From NCBI GenBank assembly GCA_004431415.1, contig QPMI01000186.1, forward strand, positions 62,001 to 126,000: a DNA stretch of 64,000 nt. Reading direction: 5' to 3'. Shown piece by piece: positions 23,505 through 35,199 of the stretch; position 1 is the first letter of the stretch; each line of letters opens with the position of its first letter. Source of the DNA: Cyanophora paradoxa CCMP329 (Eukaryota; Plantae; Glaucophyta). The position numbers were made by a program, and so were the translations under genes. The notes beneath the pieces are model-generated. The model ran no database searches, was not told the DNA's origin, and was given only the letters and a program-made list of their open reading frames with translations.

Positions 23505-25026
23505 ATGGGTGGAGGGCAGAGTAATGTCGACATTCGGTGAGCGAATCGCATAGCCGCCGTTTCTGCGCTCCGCGACTTCCGCTGGCCATGGACGACGGCC
23601 GGTTCACGAGTCTTGTGCAGCTATCAATGCTTTCAAGACCGCTACTGCCTGGGCGAGCCGCTCGGCGAGGTGCTCGCAGTCGGCCGCCGAGCCGGACGCG
23701 CCAGCGGGGCCGCGCGAGCGTGTCGCTCCGGCCACTGATCGCATTGAACTAACCATTCGGGTGAACAGGCGGCGCGGTACGAGGCGGTCGACGCGCTTAT
23801 CGACTCGCCGCAAGCACAGGACTGGTTTGAGAAGTGCGCTGTGTGCCGGTGCACGTGGGCTGTGTGCCGAACGCGTGGCGAGCGCCCGGATCTCCCTCAC
23901 AAGCTCTAGAGGAAACTCAGGGCCTCCAGGCCGCGGGCCCCCGTGTCCAGCAACCCAGGACCAGCACCATGGCCAGCTTCCGTCCGGGGCTAAGCCTCAC
24001 CATTATCCCGGACCCGGCGCCGCGGCGTCCAGTGTCCGCCGCCAGCTTCCGTCCTCGGCCCAGCGGCTCAGTTTTAGGCACTCATCTCCGCTCCCCGACG
24101 CGCTCGGGGCCCTTGCGCTCAGCCGCGCCCTTTCCCCCTGACGCCGAGCGGCGCGCGCAGAACATGCAAAGGAGACCTGAAGGGCAAAGCGTTCTCGAGA
24201 ATGTGCTCTCCCGTCTGCACTCTTGGAGGATTTGCCCGGCCCCTCTGATCGCTCCCACCGTAGATTCCTCAACGGGCCACACGAGGCGGGGACGGGCGGC
24301 TGCTACACTGTGCCCATGACGGGGACTGGCAGCAACGGGACGGGCGTACTGACGCGGCACATCGGCTGGAACGGCGCCGACCGGCCCGTGTGGGACCAGC
24401 AGAAGTAGGCGGCCGCGCCGCGCCGCGCCTTGTGGCGGGCGGGGCATTAATTGCCGCCCCCCGCCCGCGCGCCCGCGCAGGATTGGCATCCACAAGTTCG
24501 CGAACGAGATCCAGCTGCCGTACGAGCGGCTCCTGCCCGAGTTCAAGAAGATGCTGCCCGAGGTCAAGGCCGCCGCCGCCGTCGCCAAGCCGGCCCCGCC
24601 GCCCCTCGCGCCCGTCCCCGTCGCCGTCACCCCCGCCCCCGCCGCGGCACCGGCCCCGGCGGCCCCGCTCGCGGCCCCCCAGATCTTCCACGCGCACGTG
24701 ACCGTCAAGTCGCTCCTGGACGAGGCCTCCCAGGTGGGCGACCCTCCTGTACCCCCCCCCCCCCCCGGCTCGCCTGAGCCGGGCGGCGGCAGGCGGCGCC
24801 GGAGGCGTCGGCCGCGGAGCCGTACACGCCGTACGCGTTCGACGCGGCGGCGGCGGACTCGTCGCTGGCCGGCGCCGGCCTCGCCGGAGCCGCCGGCGAG
24901 GCCGGGGCGGAGGCGGCGGCCGAGGCGGACGTGGACGTCGAGTCCGGCCACGAGGTCTCCTGCGAGGCGACGGATGGCGACTCGCCGGCGGCCTCGGCAG
25001 AGACCGCCCACCCCGCCCTCGTGTAG
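23505..25026 (+). CDS. Hypothetical multi-exon protein with an N-myristoylation motif
   Basis: MGGGQSNVDIR|YQCFQDRYCLGEPLGE|AARYEAVDALIDSPQAQDWFE..; later exons LNGPHEAGTGGCYTVP.., IGIHKFANEIQLPYERLLPEFKK; acidic tail. Canonical splice sites; middle exons uncertain. Confidence 0.55.
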
Positions 25027-25187
25027 CTGTAGGGCCCTAGCCTTTCTGAGTTCCACCCGCGTCTTGGCTGTTGTGCTCTTCTTCTTCATCAAAGGATTCC
25101 GGCATCTATCGCTGCTGAGATCATTACACAGGGAAGCCGGCCGGCGGCCCGCGCTGCGACGCGAGCTGCAGCGAGGGCCAGAGCGGG

Positions 25188-28100
25188 CTAGTGGCGCTGG
25201 ACGAGGGGGAGGAGGGGGTTCCGGGAGGCCATCAGGTGGGCGCTGACGGCCGCCACCGAGGCCCCGTGCACCGAGCTGTACACCCCGGCCCCGGCCCCGC
25301 CCTGGCCCTGGGGCTCCTCCTTGGGCAGGGGCACGGAGCGGCGCGCGGGGGCGGCGGGGCGGGCGGGCCCGGAGGCCTGGTGGAGGAGGTAGGCCTCGCG
25401 GGTGCCGGGGAGGCGCCGCAGGAGGGCCGACGCGCCGCCCGCCGCCTCGGGCCCTCCCGGTAGCGGGCGGCGGGGGCCGCCCCCGGCTCCTCCTCCCGCC
25501 CCGCCCCGAACAGCTCCGGGAGCGAGTGCGGCTGGCCCCGGGCCACCTGCGCCGGCGCCTGGGCCCACGCCTGCGAGGCCGGCGCGGGGCGGGGGCGGGG
25601 CGGGCGGGGGCGGGGGCTGCGGGGCGGGGGCAGGGGGCGGCGAAGAGGGTGGGGCCGATGACGGAGAGCTCCTGGGGGCGGAGGAGTGGCGGCGGAGGGC
25701 GGGGATGGCGGGGCTCGAGTGGTACAGCGGCGCCCGCTCGGGCGAGCGGCGCGCGTGCTGCGGCGACCCCGCCCGCGAGCCCTTCTCGAACGCGAAGCCG
25801 CCCCCGTCCGGTACCCCTTCAGCGAGCGCGGCGAGCGCGCGGGCTCACGGACTGGGCCGGGCGGGGCGCCCCCGCCGCGGGGCGGCGCGGACGGGCGGCA
25901 GGGGCGCGGCAGGTGCGGCGGGAGGCGGCTGCGTCTGCCTGCGGGGGAGTGAGCGCGGCGGGGAGTAGAGCGGGGGGTAAAGGAGGGACCAGGGACGGAG
26001 TGACTCGAGGGGTACGCTGGGCGGCCGGGGCGGGGCGGGGGCCGGCGGCGGCTCGGGCCCTGGGGAAGGATCCGCCCGAGGGGGGGAGGAAGGAGGGGCC
26101 GGCGCGGGCGGGGCCGGCGCCGCTGTGGCCGGCCGCAAGAGCTCGAGACCTGCGGCGCCGGTCGGGGGTACAAGATGCGCAGCGTGGGGTACAGCTCACG
26201 CGCGGCGGTCCAGCGGAGGAAGGCGCTCAGTCCGTCGCGGACCCCTGGAAGGGGATTAGAGCAGGCGGGGTACGATGCCAAAAAGCGGCGTACGCTCCGC
26301 GGCGGTGCGCCGGGCGTCGCCGGGAGCCTGCGGTGGGCGTCACGGAGCACCGAGGGAACCGCATCGCCGTGGCGCGCACGGAGCTGAGGGCGCGCGACGG
26401 GGGGCGGAACGGGCGCGGCCCCGGGCCGAACCGGTGGTCCAGCGCGGCCAGCGCCTGCAGGGGCGCAGGCGCAACGTGAGGCGCGGGGGCGATGGCGACA
26501 AGGAAGAGCCGCGTACCCCCCGGAGGGCCGCGGCGGAGTCGACGAGGTCGTCGCGCGCGGACGGGGCCTGCGGGGGTACGGCGCTCGGATCGGGGCAGGA
26601 ACATCTTGGAAGGGGTACTGGGAACCTCGTCGGAATCGGGGTACCCGTCCTCGTCCTCGCCCGCGAGGGCGCCCACGGCGCCCAGCAGCGAGCGGAGCCC
26701 CGCGTCGGCCGCGTACCCCCCCGCGGGCTCCTCCGCCTCCGTTTGGGCCGCGGCGTCGACGAGGGCGCGGGCTGTGCCGGGCTCCGCGTCCTGCACCCCC
26801 TCCTCCGCCGGGGCCTCCTCCCCGCCCTCCGCCGGGGCCTGCGCCTCGCCGACCTCCTCCGCGGGGGGCGGCTCGGGGGGCGCCCCCTCCACCTCCCCCG
26901 ACGGGAGCCTGCACGGCGCGCGCCGTGAGTGGGCGCCCGCGCTCGCGCGGCCGCCGCGGCCGGCGCACGGCTCCGGCGGCAGCGGGGGCCTCCTCTCCAG
27001 CTCTGCGGTCGGGCGGGCGGGCCGGTCGCCCCTCGCCCCGCTGGGCGCCCCGGCGAGCGCCGCGCTCCCCGGGGGCACCGTCGCGGGCGTCGCGGAGGTC
27101 GGCGTGGGCGGCGTCGAGGGCGACCTCGGCCTTGCGCTTCTGCACGAGGGCGCCCACCACTCCTTCCACAGCGCGTCGTACCGCCGCTGCAGCCGCCCCA
27201 GCTGCCCCCGCCTCAGCTGCTGCGCGGGGCCGGCGCGGGCGGCCGGGGCGGGCTCGCCTGGGCGGAGGTGGCGCGGAGGTCGGCGCGGAGCTCCTTCTCG
27301 ACGGCGGCGCCCCACTCGCCCAGGCCCTCCACGTCGCTGCCCCGCCCCAGTGGGCGGGGCCCGCATCAGAGGGCCTCCTCCCAGCGAAGGTCTCTGGGCC
27401 GGGGCCGGGGCGGGGCGGGGGGCGGACCAGGCGACGTCGTGGCGGGCGCCGCCGTCCCAGGCGCGGAGGCTCTGGTGCGGGGGCCGGGCCGTCGGGGGCG
27501 GGGCCCAGTCGCGGGAGGCCGGCGTCTCCTCCTCCTCGGCGGCCTGGTCCTCGCGGAGCAGCTCGGGGGGCATCTCGGCGGCGATCTCCCGCAGCTCCGC
27601 TTCCAGCGCCCGCGCCGCCGCCTTCTCCTCGTCCTCCTCCCGCTCCGCCCGCGCCGACCGCTGCCCGCCCCCGCCTCAGCCAGCCGCCCCGCCAGCCCCG
27701 CCGCCCGCCCGGCGAGGGCCGCGCACCCGCAGGAGGAGCCACCGCACTTCCTGCGCAAGTGCGCGGCGCCCTGTTAGCTTCCTTGAATCTGCGCATACTA
27801 AAATATAAGCCGGCGCGCCTTGAACGTGTCCTCGAGCTCGACGCGCGGCTTGTGCTTGTGCTGGGCGTCGAAGATGTCCTCTGCGGGGGCGCGTCAAACA
27901 TCATGTACAGATCGGTGCCTTTGCAGCACTTGCTCACCGAGTGCGTCCTCCACGGCGGCGAGCGTCGCGACGCTGTGGCACCGCGAAACCAGCCGCTGCA
28001 CCCCCCCGTCGGCTCGTTGCACGAAGGGCGGCGGGGAAAGAGGGGCGGCGGATAGCTGGGGACCGCTTGAATCGCTGCCCGCTCTAAATGCAGTGCTCGC

Positions 28101-28216
28101 ACGCCCCCTGCAGCGGCGGGAGCTACCGCTGTCACCTTGGCCAGGAAGAGACCTCGCTCGGTCATCGTCAGATCGCCCCGCCATCCCTCCAGCACCTCGC
28201 GCTCAATGACTGCCAT
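25188..28216 (-). CDS. Hypothetical coiled-coil / low-complexity protein
   Basis: Exons with splice signals and coding codon bias (EDIFDAQHKHKPRVELEDTFK; ALAQEVRWLLLR; GQLGRLQRRYDALWKE). No family recognised; start uncertain. Confidence 0.5.
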
Positions 28217-28567
28217 CCGCTGCGCGCTTGCCTGCTATCTCTGACCGCAGGACGTGCCGGATTCACCGAACCCGGAACGATGAGGTCTGCGCTGTCGCTG
28301 GCAGCTGCGTGCAAATGCGCGCCTCACCTGCCCAGATCAGCCGTCGCAGAAGCATGCGCTCACACGGAGCTCGCGGCTGGCGGAGTCGGAGCTCTAAACC
28401 ACCCCCATCCGGAGCCGACCCAGCGTCTTCCACTCATTCGTGGTGACGGTTACTCGCTCGCTCGGAAGCCAGAACCAGCATCCCTCGGCCGCAGCTAGCA
28501 CTGCGGCACTGTAAGAGCTAGCCAGCTAGCGAGTCCCGAAGCCAGCTAGCCGATCAACTCGCGGCCG

Positions 28568-30422
28568 ATGGACGCGAGGCATCGTGGCTGGATCGAGGGA
28601 GTAGCGATCGCGGCGGCAGTCTCGCTGTTCCTGTGGCGCAAGTTCAGGGCGCAGCCGACGATGACCCGCGCGAGGACGATGCAGAAGCTCAAGACGGCGC
28701 CCTCGCAGAAGCTGCTGAAGACCGACGACATCACCAACGCGAACTTTCCGCTCGACAAGGAGGGCCGGACCTAGTGCGCGGCCCCGAGCCCTCGCCGCCC
28801 GCCCCCGGGCGCTCACGCGGCCGCCGGCAGCCACGTCGGCTGCAAGAAGGGCGAGATCGCGAACAGGTGCGGGGGCGGGGCGGCGGGAGGCGGCGCAAAG
28901 TCGCACGAGGCCAGCGGCGCGCGGCTCGGGGTGCACCTGACGGCGGACCGCCCGGCGCAGGATCCTCACCACGGGGTGCCCCACCCGGGCGGCGAGCCTC
29001 GCCAAGTACCTCGACTCGCCCTTCGTCCGCGCCTCCTCCCGCGGCTTCACCGTATTCACCGGCGCGCCCCGCGCCCCGTGCGGCCCATCCCGCACCCCTT
29101 AAGCTCACGCGCGCGCAGGGCTGTTCCGCGGCACGCCCGTCAGCATCATTGCTTCTGGGTGCGCGGTTTTCTAGTTTCGGGGGCGGGCCAAGCACGCAAA
29201 CCCGCCCCTTGACCTCGCCCGCGCGCAGGATGGCACGCCCCGCCCCGCCCCTCCCCCCTCCCGCTCCCGCTCCGTGTCGAACCGTGGCGCCGCAGGGCCT
29301 CGCTATGATGGACTTCTGCGTGCGGGAGGTGCGGTGCCCGGCGGCCCGGGCCGCCGCGCCCCTGACGCCGCCCCCAGGTGCGCGCCGTGACGGAGGGCCC
29401 GCTCGCAATCGTGCGGCTCGGCTCCTGCGGCGGTGTGAACGTCGACGCCGGCGCCATCTGCATCGCCGACGAGGTGACCCCTCGGGCCCTGTACCCCCTC
29501 GTTCCTTGAACGTACCCCCTCGGCGGCAGTCGATGGTGATCCAGCGCGAGCTGGACGCGTTCCTGGGGGAGGAGTCGGAGAAGAAGGCGGGGTACCGCTT
29601 CTCGGCGCCAATCCCCGCGGACCCCATCCTCACGGAGCACGTGCGCGGCGCTCGCCCCGCCTAGGTCGGGGCCGGTGCCGACGCCGCCCCCCCCCCCCCC
29701 CCCCCCCCCCGCAGATCGTGGCGATGATGCAGCGGGAGCTGGGGGCCGCCAGGGTGCACCCCCTCCCCTCCCCCGCCCCGCGCCCCTCGCTTCTTCGAGC
29801 GCGTCGCGCCCCCCTGCCCCGCAGATCCACGTGGGCCTGAACGTGACGGCGGACAGCTTCTACGCGTCGCAGGGGCGGCAGGACCCGAACTTCGACGACC
29901 GGAACGGGGCGCTGCTGGAGGGGATGCCCGAGGGGGCGCTGACGCTGGAGATGGAGACGGGCCAGCTGCTGCACCTCGCCGCCTGCTCCCGCGAGTCCAT
30001 CATCGCCTCCGCCATCCACATGGCCCGCCCTCCTCTTCCCCCTTCCCTCTCGCCCCTCGCCGCCCTGACGGCCCGCCGCGCCCGCAGGTCTTCGCCAACC
30101 GCCGCACCAACTACTTCCTCCCCGTGCGCCCCTCCTCCCCCCGCCCCCTCCCGCCAGGGCCCGCCGGGCGGGCGCCGCTGACCGGCCCTCCGCCCCCAGA
30201 ACCACGACATCGCGGAGCTGGAGCACAGCACGGGCCGCGCCGCCCTCGTCGCCCTCTGCAGGCGCCCCCGCACCGCCCCTCCTGCTCGATCCGCCCTCGC
30301 CCATCGTCTAACTGCGGGCGCGCAGCTTCCCGATGCCGTCGCCGGGGAACGGGGGCGTCTGGAGCCGCGAGCACCGCCGCATGTCCGCCTCGAGCCCCGC
30401 CACGGCCTTCGCCGCCCACTAG
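28568..30422 (+). CDS. Uridine/purine nucleoside phosphorylase family protein with N-terminal hydrophobic anchor
   Basis: NANFPLDKEGRTYHVGCKKGEIANRILT; SSRGFTVFTG; VSIIASGMGLAMMDFCVRE; IVRLGSCGG; GLNVTADSFYASQGRQDPNFDD; LEMETGQLLHLA; VFANR. Confidence 0.88.
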
Positions 30423-30694
30423 CCGCCGCGCGCCGGCTCGCCCTCGCTGCCCGTCCTGTACATGCATTGAAACTAGACAACCCAGCTGTGGACACATCAG
30501 AGAGCGGCTGTACATACCCAAGAAACTAGAAAAAGCGTGCCGCAGACGCGAGTACGTGAAACCATCACGTCACGTGCACGGAAACCTCTCGCTGAACTGC
30601 AGGCATACGGATCCCGTCCGACGTCCGAGGACGCCCGGCCGGCGGCCAGGCCGGCTGCAAAACGTGCGGCCGCCGCTTGGGCGGGTGGTCGCGC

Positions 30695-31505
30695 TCAAAG
30701 GCTCTCCTCCATCATCTCGGCTGAGGGTCGAGGGGATCGAGAGAGTCAGGCCCGGGCCGGCTATGCTTAGGGGGAGGTGTGGGGCGCACCGTCGGTGTCG
30801 AGGATGAAGGACTCGGCCTTGACGAGCTCCCGCCGGATGCTCTCCGCCCGCTGCCCGCCCCCGCCCGTGAGCGCGGCTCGCGGCGGCGGCGGTGGGAGGG
30901 GCGAGGGGCCCGGGCGCACGGCAAGGAGGCGGGAGGAGATGCGGCTCGGCTGGCGCTCGAGCTTGGCGTGCGTCGGTATGATCAGCTCCAGCTGCGCCCG
31001 CAGCTTCGCCGCGCGCTGCGGGCGGCCGTCAGTTCGATCGTCGGGCGATCGCCCTCGGGGCGTGCGCGCCTCGATGGCCTCCTGGCGGAGTCCGAGGTTC
31101 TTGGACGTCTTGAAGGTGTTCGCCACGATCGCGAGGCGCCCCGCCTTCTTGAAGCGCTCCAGCGCGCTCGGCTTCTTGGCTATCGCCGGCACGGGCGCGG
31201 GGGACTTCTTCTTCTCGTCCTTCTTGAACGAGACGGACTTGCGCGAGGAGCGCGCCTGCTCGCGTCCCCCGGTCAAATCTTCGAAACGAGGCAGGAAAGC
31301 GGAAATCGCAGGAGACGCACGCTGGAGACGACGGAGCCCTCGGCGTCGCTGCCGCCGCGCGGGGACTCGAGCCGAGCGAGGTCTCTCTGCGGGGCACACG
31401 CCCGAACCGGCCGGCCGACGTCAGGGCGGCGCAGGGACGTCGGCAGACTCTGGCAGATGAGCATCGCACCCGCTTGCCAGAGCCAGAGGAGCGGGCGTTC
31501 ACCAT
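30695..31505 (-). CDS. Small basic hypothetical protein
   Basis: Exons MVNARSSGSG.., RKSVSFKKDEKKK..ALERFKKAGRLAIVANTF.., RAAKLRAQLELIIPTHAKLE; canonical introns. Confidence 0.55.
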
Positions 31506-32028
31506 GGTCGGTTGGGGAAGCGGACCGGATAAGCCTAGGAATCGGCGCGGTTGCGAGATCCGGGCGCTGTTCGGGGTTCGCTGCGCTAGCTGGACAAGTC
31601 CTAGAGTTTTGCTTGCTTTGAGCAGACGACTCGTACGCGTGCGAGGGCGTTGAGGGCTCGGCGGCTGATGAGAGCGTACACGTACTACGGTAGATCTAGA
31701 GGGCAAGTTGCCAAGTTGGTTCGCAACTCCTGGTGACGCAGGCCCGTCACAACGGCCACACGTGTACCCCATACTTCCCCCCCCCCCCAATCAAAGCTCA
31801 GCGCGCAGCTAGCGCGCGGGCTTGGGATGCGGAGCCCACAAGTTCAACGCTAGCGGCGCGCAGCATCGGCTAAATCAGCTCCGCGGGTCCAGATCCGGCG
31901 CCAGTTCAACTTGGCCATGCGCATGCGGAATTGCAAGCTTCAAAGGCTTCGCAAGGTGCGGCCGGCGCCCACCGGCACACGTGCGCGTCGCCGTAGTTAC
32001 AACCGAATGCGCGTGTGCACGCGCAGGA

Positions 32029-35000
32029 TCAGATCTCCAGGACGGTAGCGCCCCCCGTGACGCCGTTGTAGAGCAGCGTGTTGTTCATCGGCGTGAACTG
32101 CCGCGTCACCACCTGCCGCCGGCTCGATTGGGGGGTACGGGGAAATGTGAGGGGGGTACCTTGATGGCCTCCTGGGAGGCGATGCCGCCGAGAACGGCGG
32201 CGACGCAGTGCAGCTCCGAGGCGCCGAAGCGGACCCTGGGGCGGCGCCTCAGCGGGGGCCGGGTCCGGGGCCGGCGGCGGGGGCTACGCGCGTCTCGAGG
32301 GCGTAGTCGTCGAGGGTGGAGGAGGGGGGTACGCCGAGCCGCGCCGCCGTCGCGTTGAGCGCCGAGCTGCTCGCCCCGAGCGGGGCCTCAGGGGGGCGGG
32401 GGCGGGGCGGGTGCGCGGGCGGCACCGGAAGAGGCCCGTCTCGGACTCGAGGTCGCCCTCCAGCTGCCCGGGGTACCTGCCGTCCGGGGCCCGGCCTCGG
32501 CGCGGGCGGGCGGAGGGCGGGGCGGGCTGGGGCGGACCGGCCGTGCTGGGTGTAGAAGCGGTCGACGGCGCGGAGGAGGACGTAAAGGTGCCCGTTGTGC
32601 CCCGGCAGGTCCGTGTAGAGCCCTGGGGCCCCATTGGCGGGAGGGGGGGGGGGGGGGGGGGAAGGAGAGGAGACGCGTACCCAGCTGGTCGAAGGAGCCG
32701 GCGGGGAGCGCGTGCTCCGCCTCCAGGCTGCGCCGGGGACCCTCGGGGCGGGCGGGCGGGGCGGGGGAGGGGCGGGCGGGCGGGCCTGCGGTAGCGGAGG
32801 AGGCGGATGTAGGGGGCGTTGCGGCAGAAGGCCTTCGCCTCCTGCGGGGGGCCCTCGCCGGCCGCCCAGCGGAGGGCAGCGCGGGGCGGGAGAGGGCGCC
32901 GCACCTCAGCGGAGACCGTGTCCGCCGGCCTGCGCGGCGAGCGCGCTCAGGCACGTTGAGTAAACGGGGCGGGGGCGGGGGCGGGCCGGCCGAGGCGGGA
33001 GAGGGTCGCCTGCAAGCGCGCCTGCACCGCCGCCACGTCCTTCGCCGCCTTCTCCTGGAACCTGCCGCCGCGCCCCCGCCCCGCCTCAGACCACTCCCTC
33101 CAGCACGCTGCCCCGGCCACTCGCCGCCCTCGTTTTACGAAGGGCCGGCAGGCCTTCCGAGACGCGCCCCGCCCGGCCCCCGCCCCGCCCTCGCCCGAAA
33201 AGCGCGGGCGGGGGGGGCGCACACGCGCTGGAGCTCGATGTAGCTCTCCGTGGTGGCCGTCATGTCGGGGAGGGAGCCCATGAGGGGCAGCCGCCCCTCC
33301 CCTGCCCCGCCCTCAGCACGAGGGGGGTGGGGTGGGGGCGGGGTGCTGAGCGGACCCTCGTTGGCGACGAACTCGCGGACGGCGTCGGCCAGGATCCAGA
33401 AGGCCGGCGAGTCCTGCCCCCGCGCCCCGGGCTCAGGCGGGGGGCGGGGGGGGCGAGGGGCCCTGGAGCGGGCGCGCCTTGGTGAGGGTCCTCGCGCACT
33501 CGTCCTCCAGCACCTTCCGCACCTCCGACGGGATCTGGCGCCCCCCGGGCCCGCCTCGCGCGCCGCGAGAGGGGATGCCGGAGGAGGGGAAGAAGGGCCG
33601 GGCCGCACGGAGTACGGGTTGAGATGCTTGTTCGCCGCCTTGGCCGCCTCGTGAAAGTTCTCCTCCTGGCGAGAGGGGTAAGGCGGGGGGGAGGGCGGGG
33701 CGGCGGGGGGGCGGGGGCGCGCGTGGCTGGAGCGGGCGGCGGCCTGCACGGCGGCCTTGAAGGCGTCCTTCTCCTTCCGGTTGGAGGGCAGCTTCCCCTC
33801 GTGCTGCGCCCCGCCCCAGCTCAGCAGCCGCCGCCGACGGCGCCGCCCCTCCCCCTCACCTCCGCCTTCCACTTGTCCAGCAGCTGCGCGGCGGGCGTCG
33901 GCCTGGGGCGGGCGGAGGCAGGCCCGGGGGAGGGGTAGGCACCTTCATGAGGATGACGATGTAGGGGACGTGGGAGTGCTGGGGGGGCGAGTGAGGCGGG
34001 GGCGGGGGCGGCGGGGGCGGCGGGGGAACGGGACCTGGCGGGAGTCAAGGCCGGCGAGGTCGAAGCGCTTCGCGTACTCCACGAGGCCGGGGAAGGGCGA
34101 GCTGGGTGGGGGGCACGTGAGGGGGTAAGAGGATGGGGAGGAGGGGAGGGGGTACGGCCGCACGTGACGCGGAGGTCCTCGATGACGACCTCGGGGCGGG
34201 ACTCGACAACTGAGGGCGGGACGGGGCGGCGCGGACGGTCGGGGGGTACGCCTGCGCCTCGCCCGGGACGGGGCGTGGGGGGGGGCGCACCGCGGTGCTC
34301 GGGGACGACGAGGCGGATGTAGCCGAGCATGCCGTAGGAGCGGGCGGCGAGGAGGGGGATGTTGCGGGGGTAGAGGTGCGTGGCGAGGGCGAGGAGCGGC
34401 GCCTCCGGGAGCTGCGTGGCGATGACGAACGTGAAGCCGTCGAAGATGGACGGGTTCTCCGCGATCAGCCGCACGGGGTCCTGCCCCGCCCCGCCCCGCC
34501 CCGCCCCGCTGAGCGCGCCGCCGAGGGCCGCGGGCCGCGCGGCGCGGGGCGGACCTCCTCAATGTAGCTGCCCTGCACGTACTCGTTGAGCTCCTTCAGC
34601 AGCTCCGTCACGCACTTCGCGCGCGACTGGCCCACGCTCTTCGCGTCCACGAAGAAGTTGCTCCCGAGGTCCTTCCCCTCCACCTTGCCCCCGTCGATGA
34701 TCGTGAACGAGCCGATGCCTGCCGCCGGTCAGCCCCCGCGCCGTCGCATCGCGTCGCGTCGCGGTGCTGCTGCTGCGGCGGCGGCGGCACCGGGCAGGAC
34801 GAGGTTCTTGAGGATCTCGGAGCCCGTCGCGCCGCAGTTTATAAGGCAGATCTTCGCGTTCTCCAGCGCCGCCTGCCCATGCTCGCCCCAGAGCCTGCAC
34901 CGCCGCCGCGGCGCGTACAGGTCATTTGCGCGGTCGAGCACGCGCGCGCCGCGCAATTCCAAAAGACCACGGCAGAGCGCACCGGAGCTGCCTGTCATAC

Positions 35001-35044
35001 TTCTGGGTCTTCGCTGCCTGGCCCTTGGCGTCCGGTGAGGCCAT
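32029..35044 (-). CDS. NAE1: NEDD8-activating enzyme E1 regulatory subunit (APPBP1/AXR1/ULA1)
   Basis: [50 protein letters not shown]; DLGSNFF; EENFHEA; [21 protein letters not shown]; [24 protein letters not shown]. Confidence 0.95.
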
Positions 35045-35199
35045 TCGCGGCGGCAGGCGGCTGCCGCGGTTGTAATAGACTGCTTAGAATCACTCGGACC
35101 GGACGCGCAGCTGCCCTGCGAACTTCGTCCTTTCGACGGGTACACAAACTCAACTTTCGACCATTCGACCAGCTCAGTCAGCCTCAGTGACGGCGGCGA

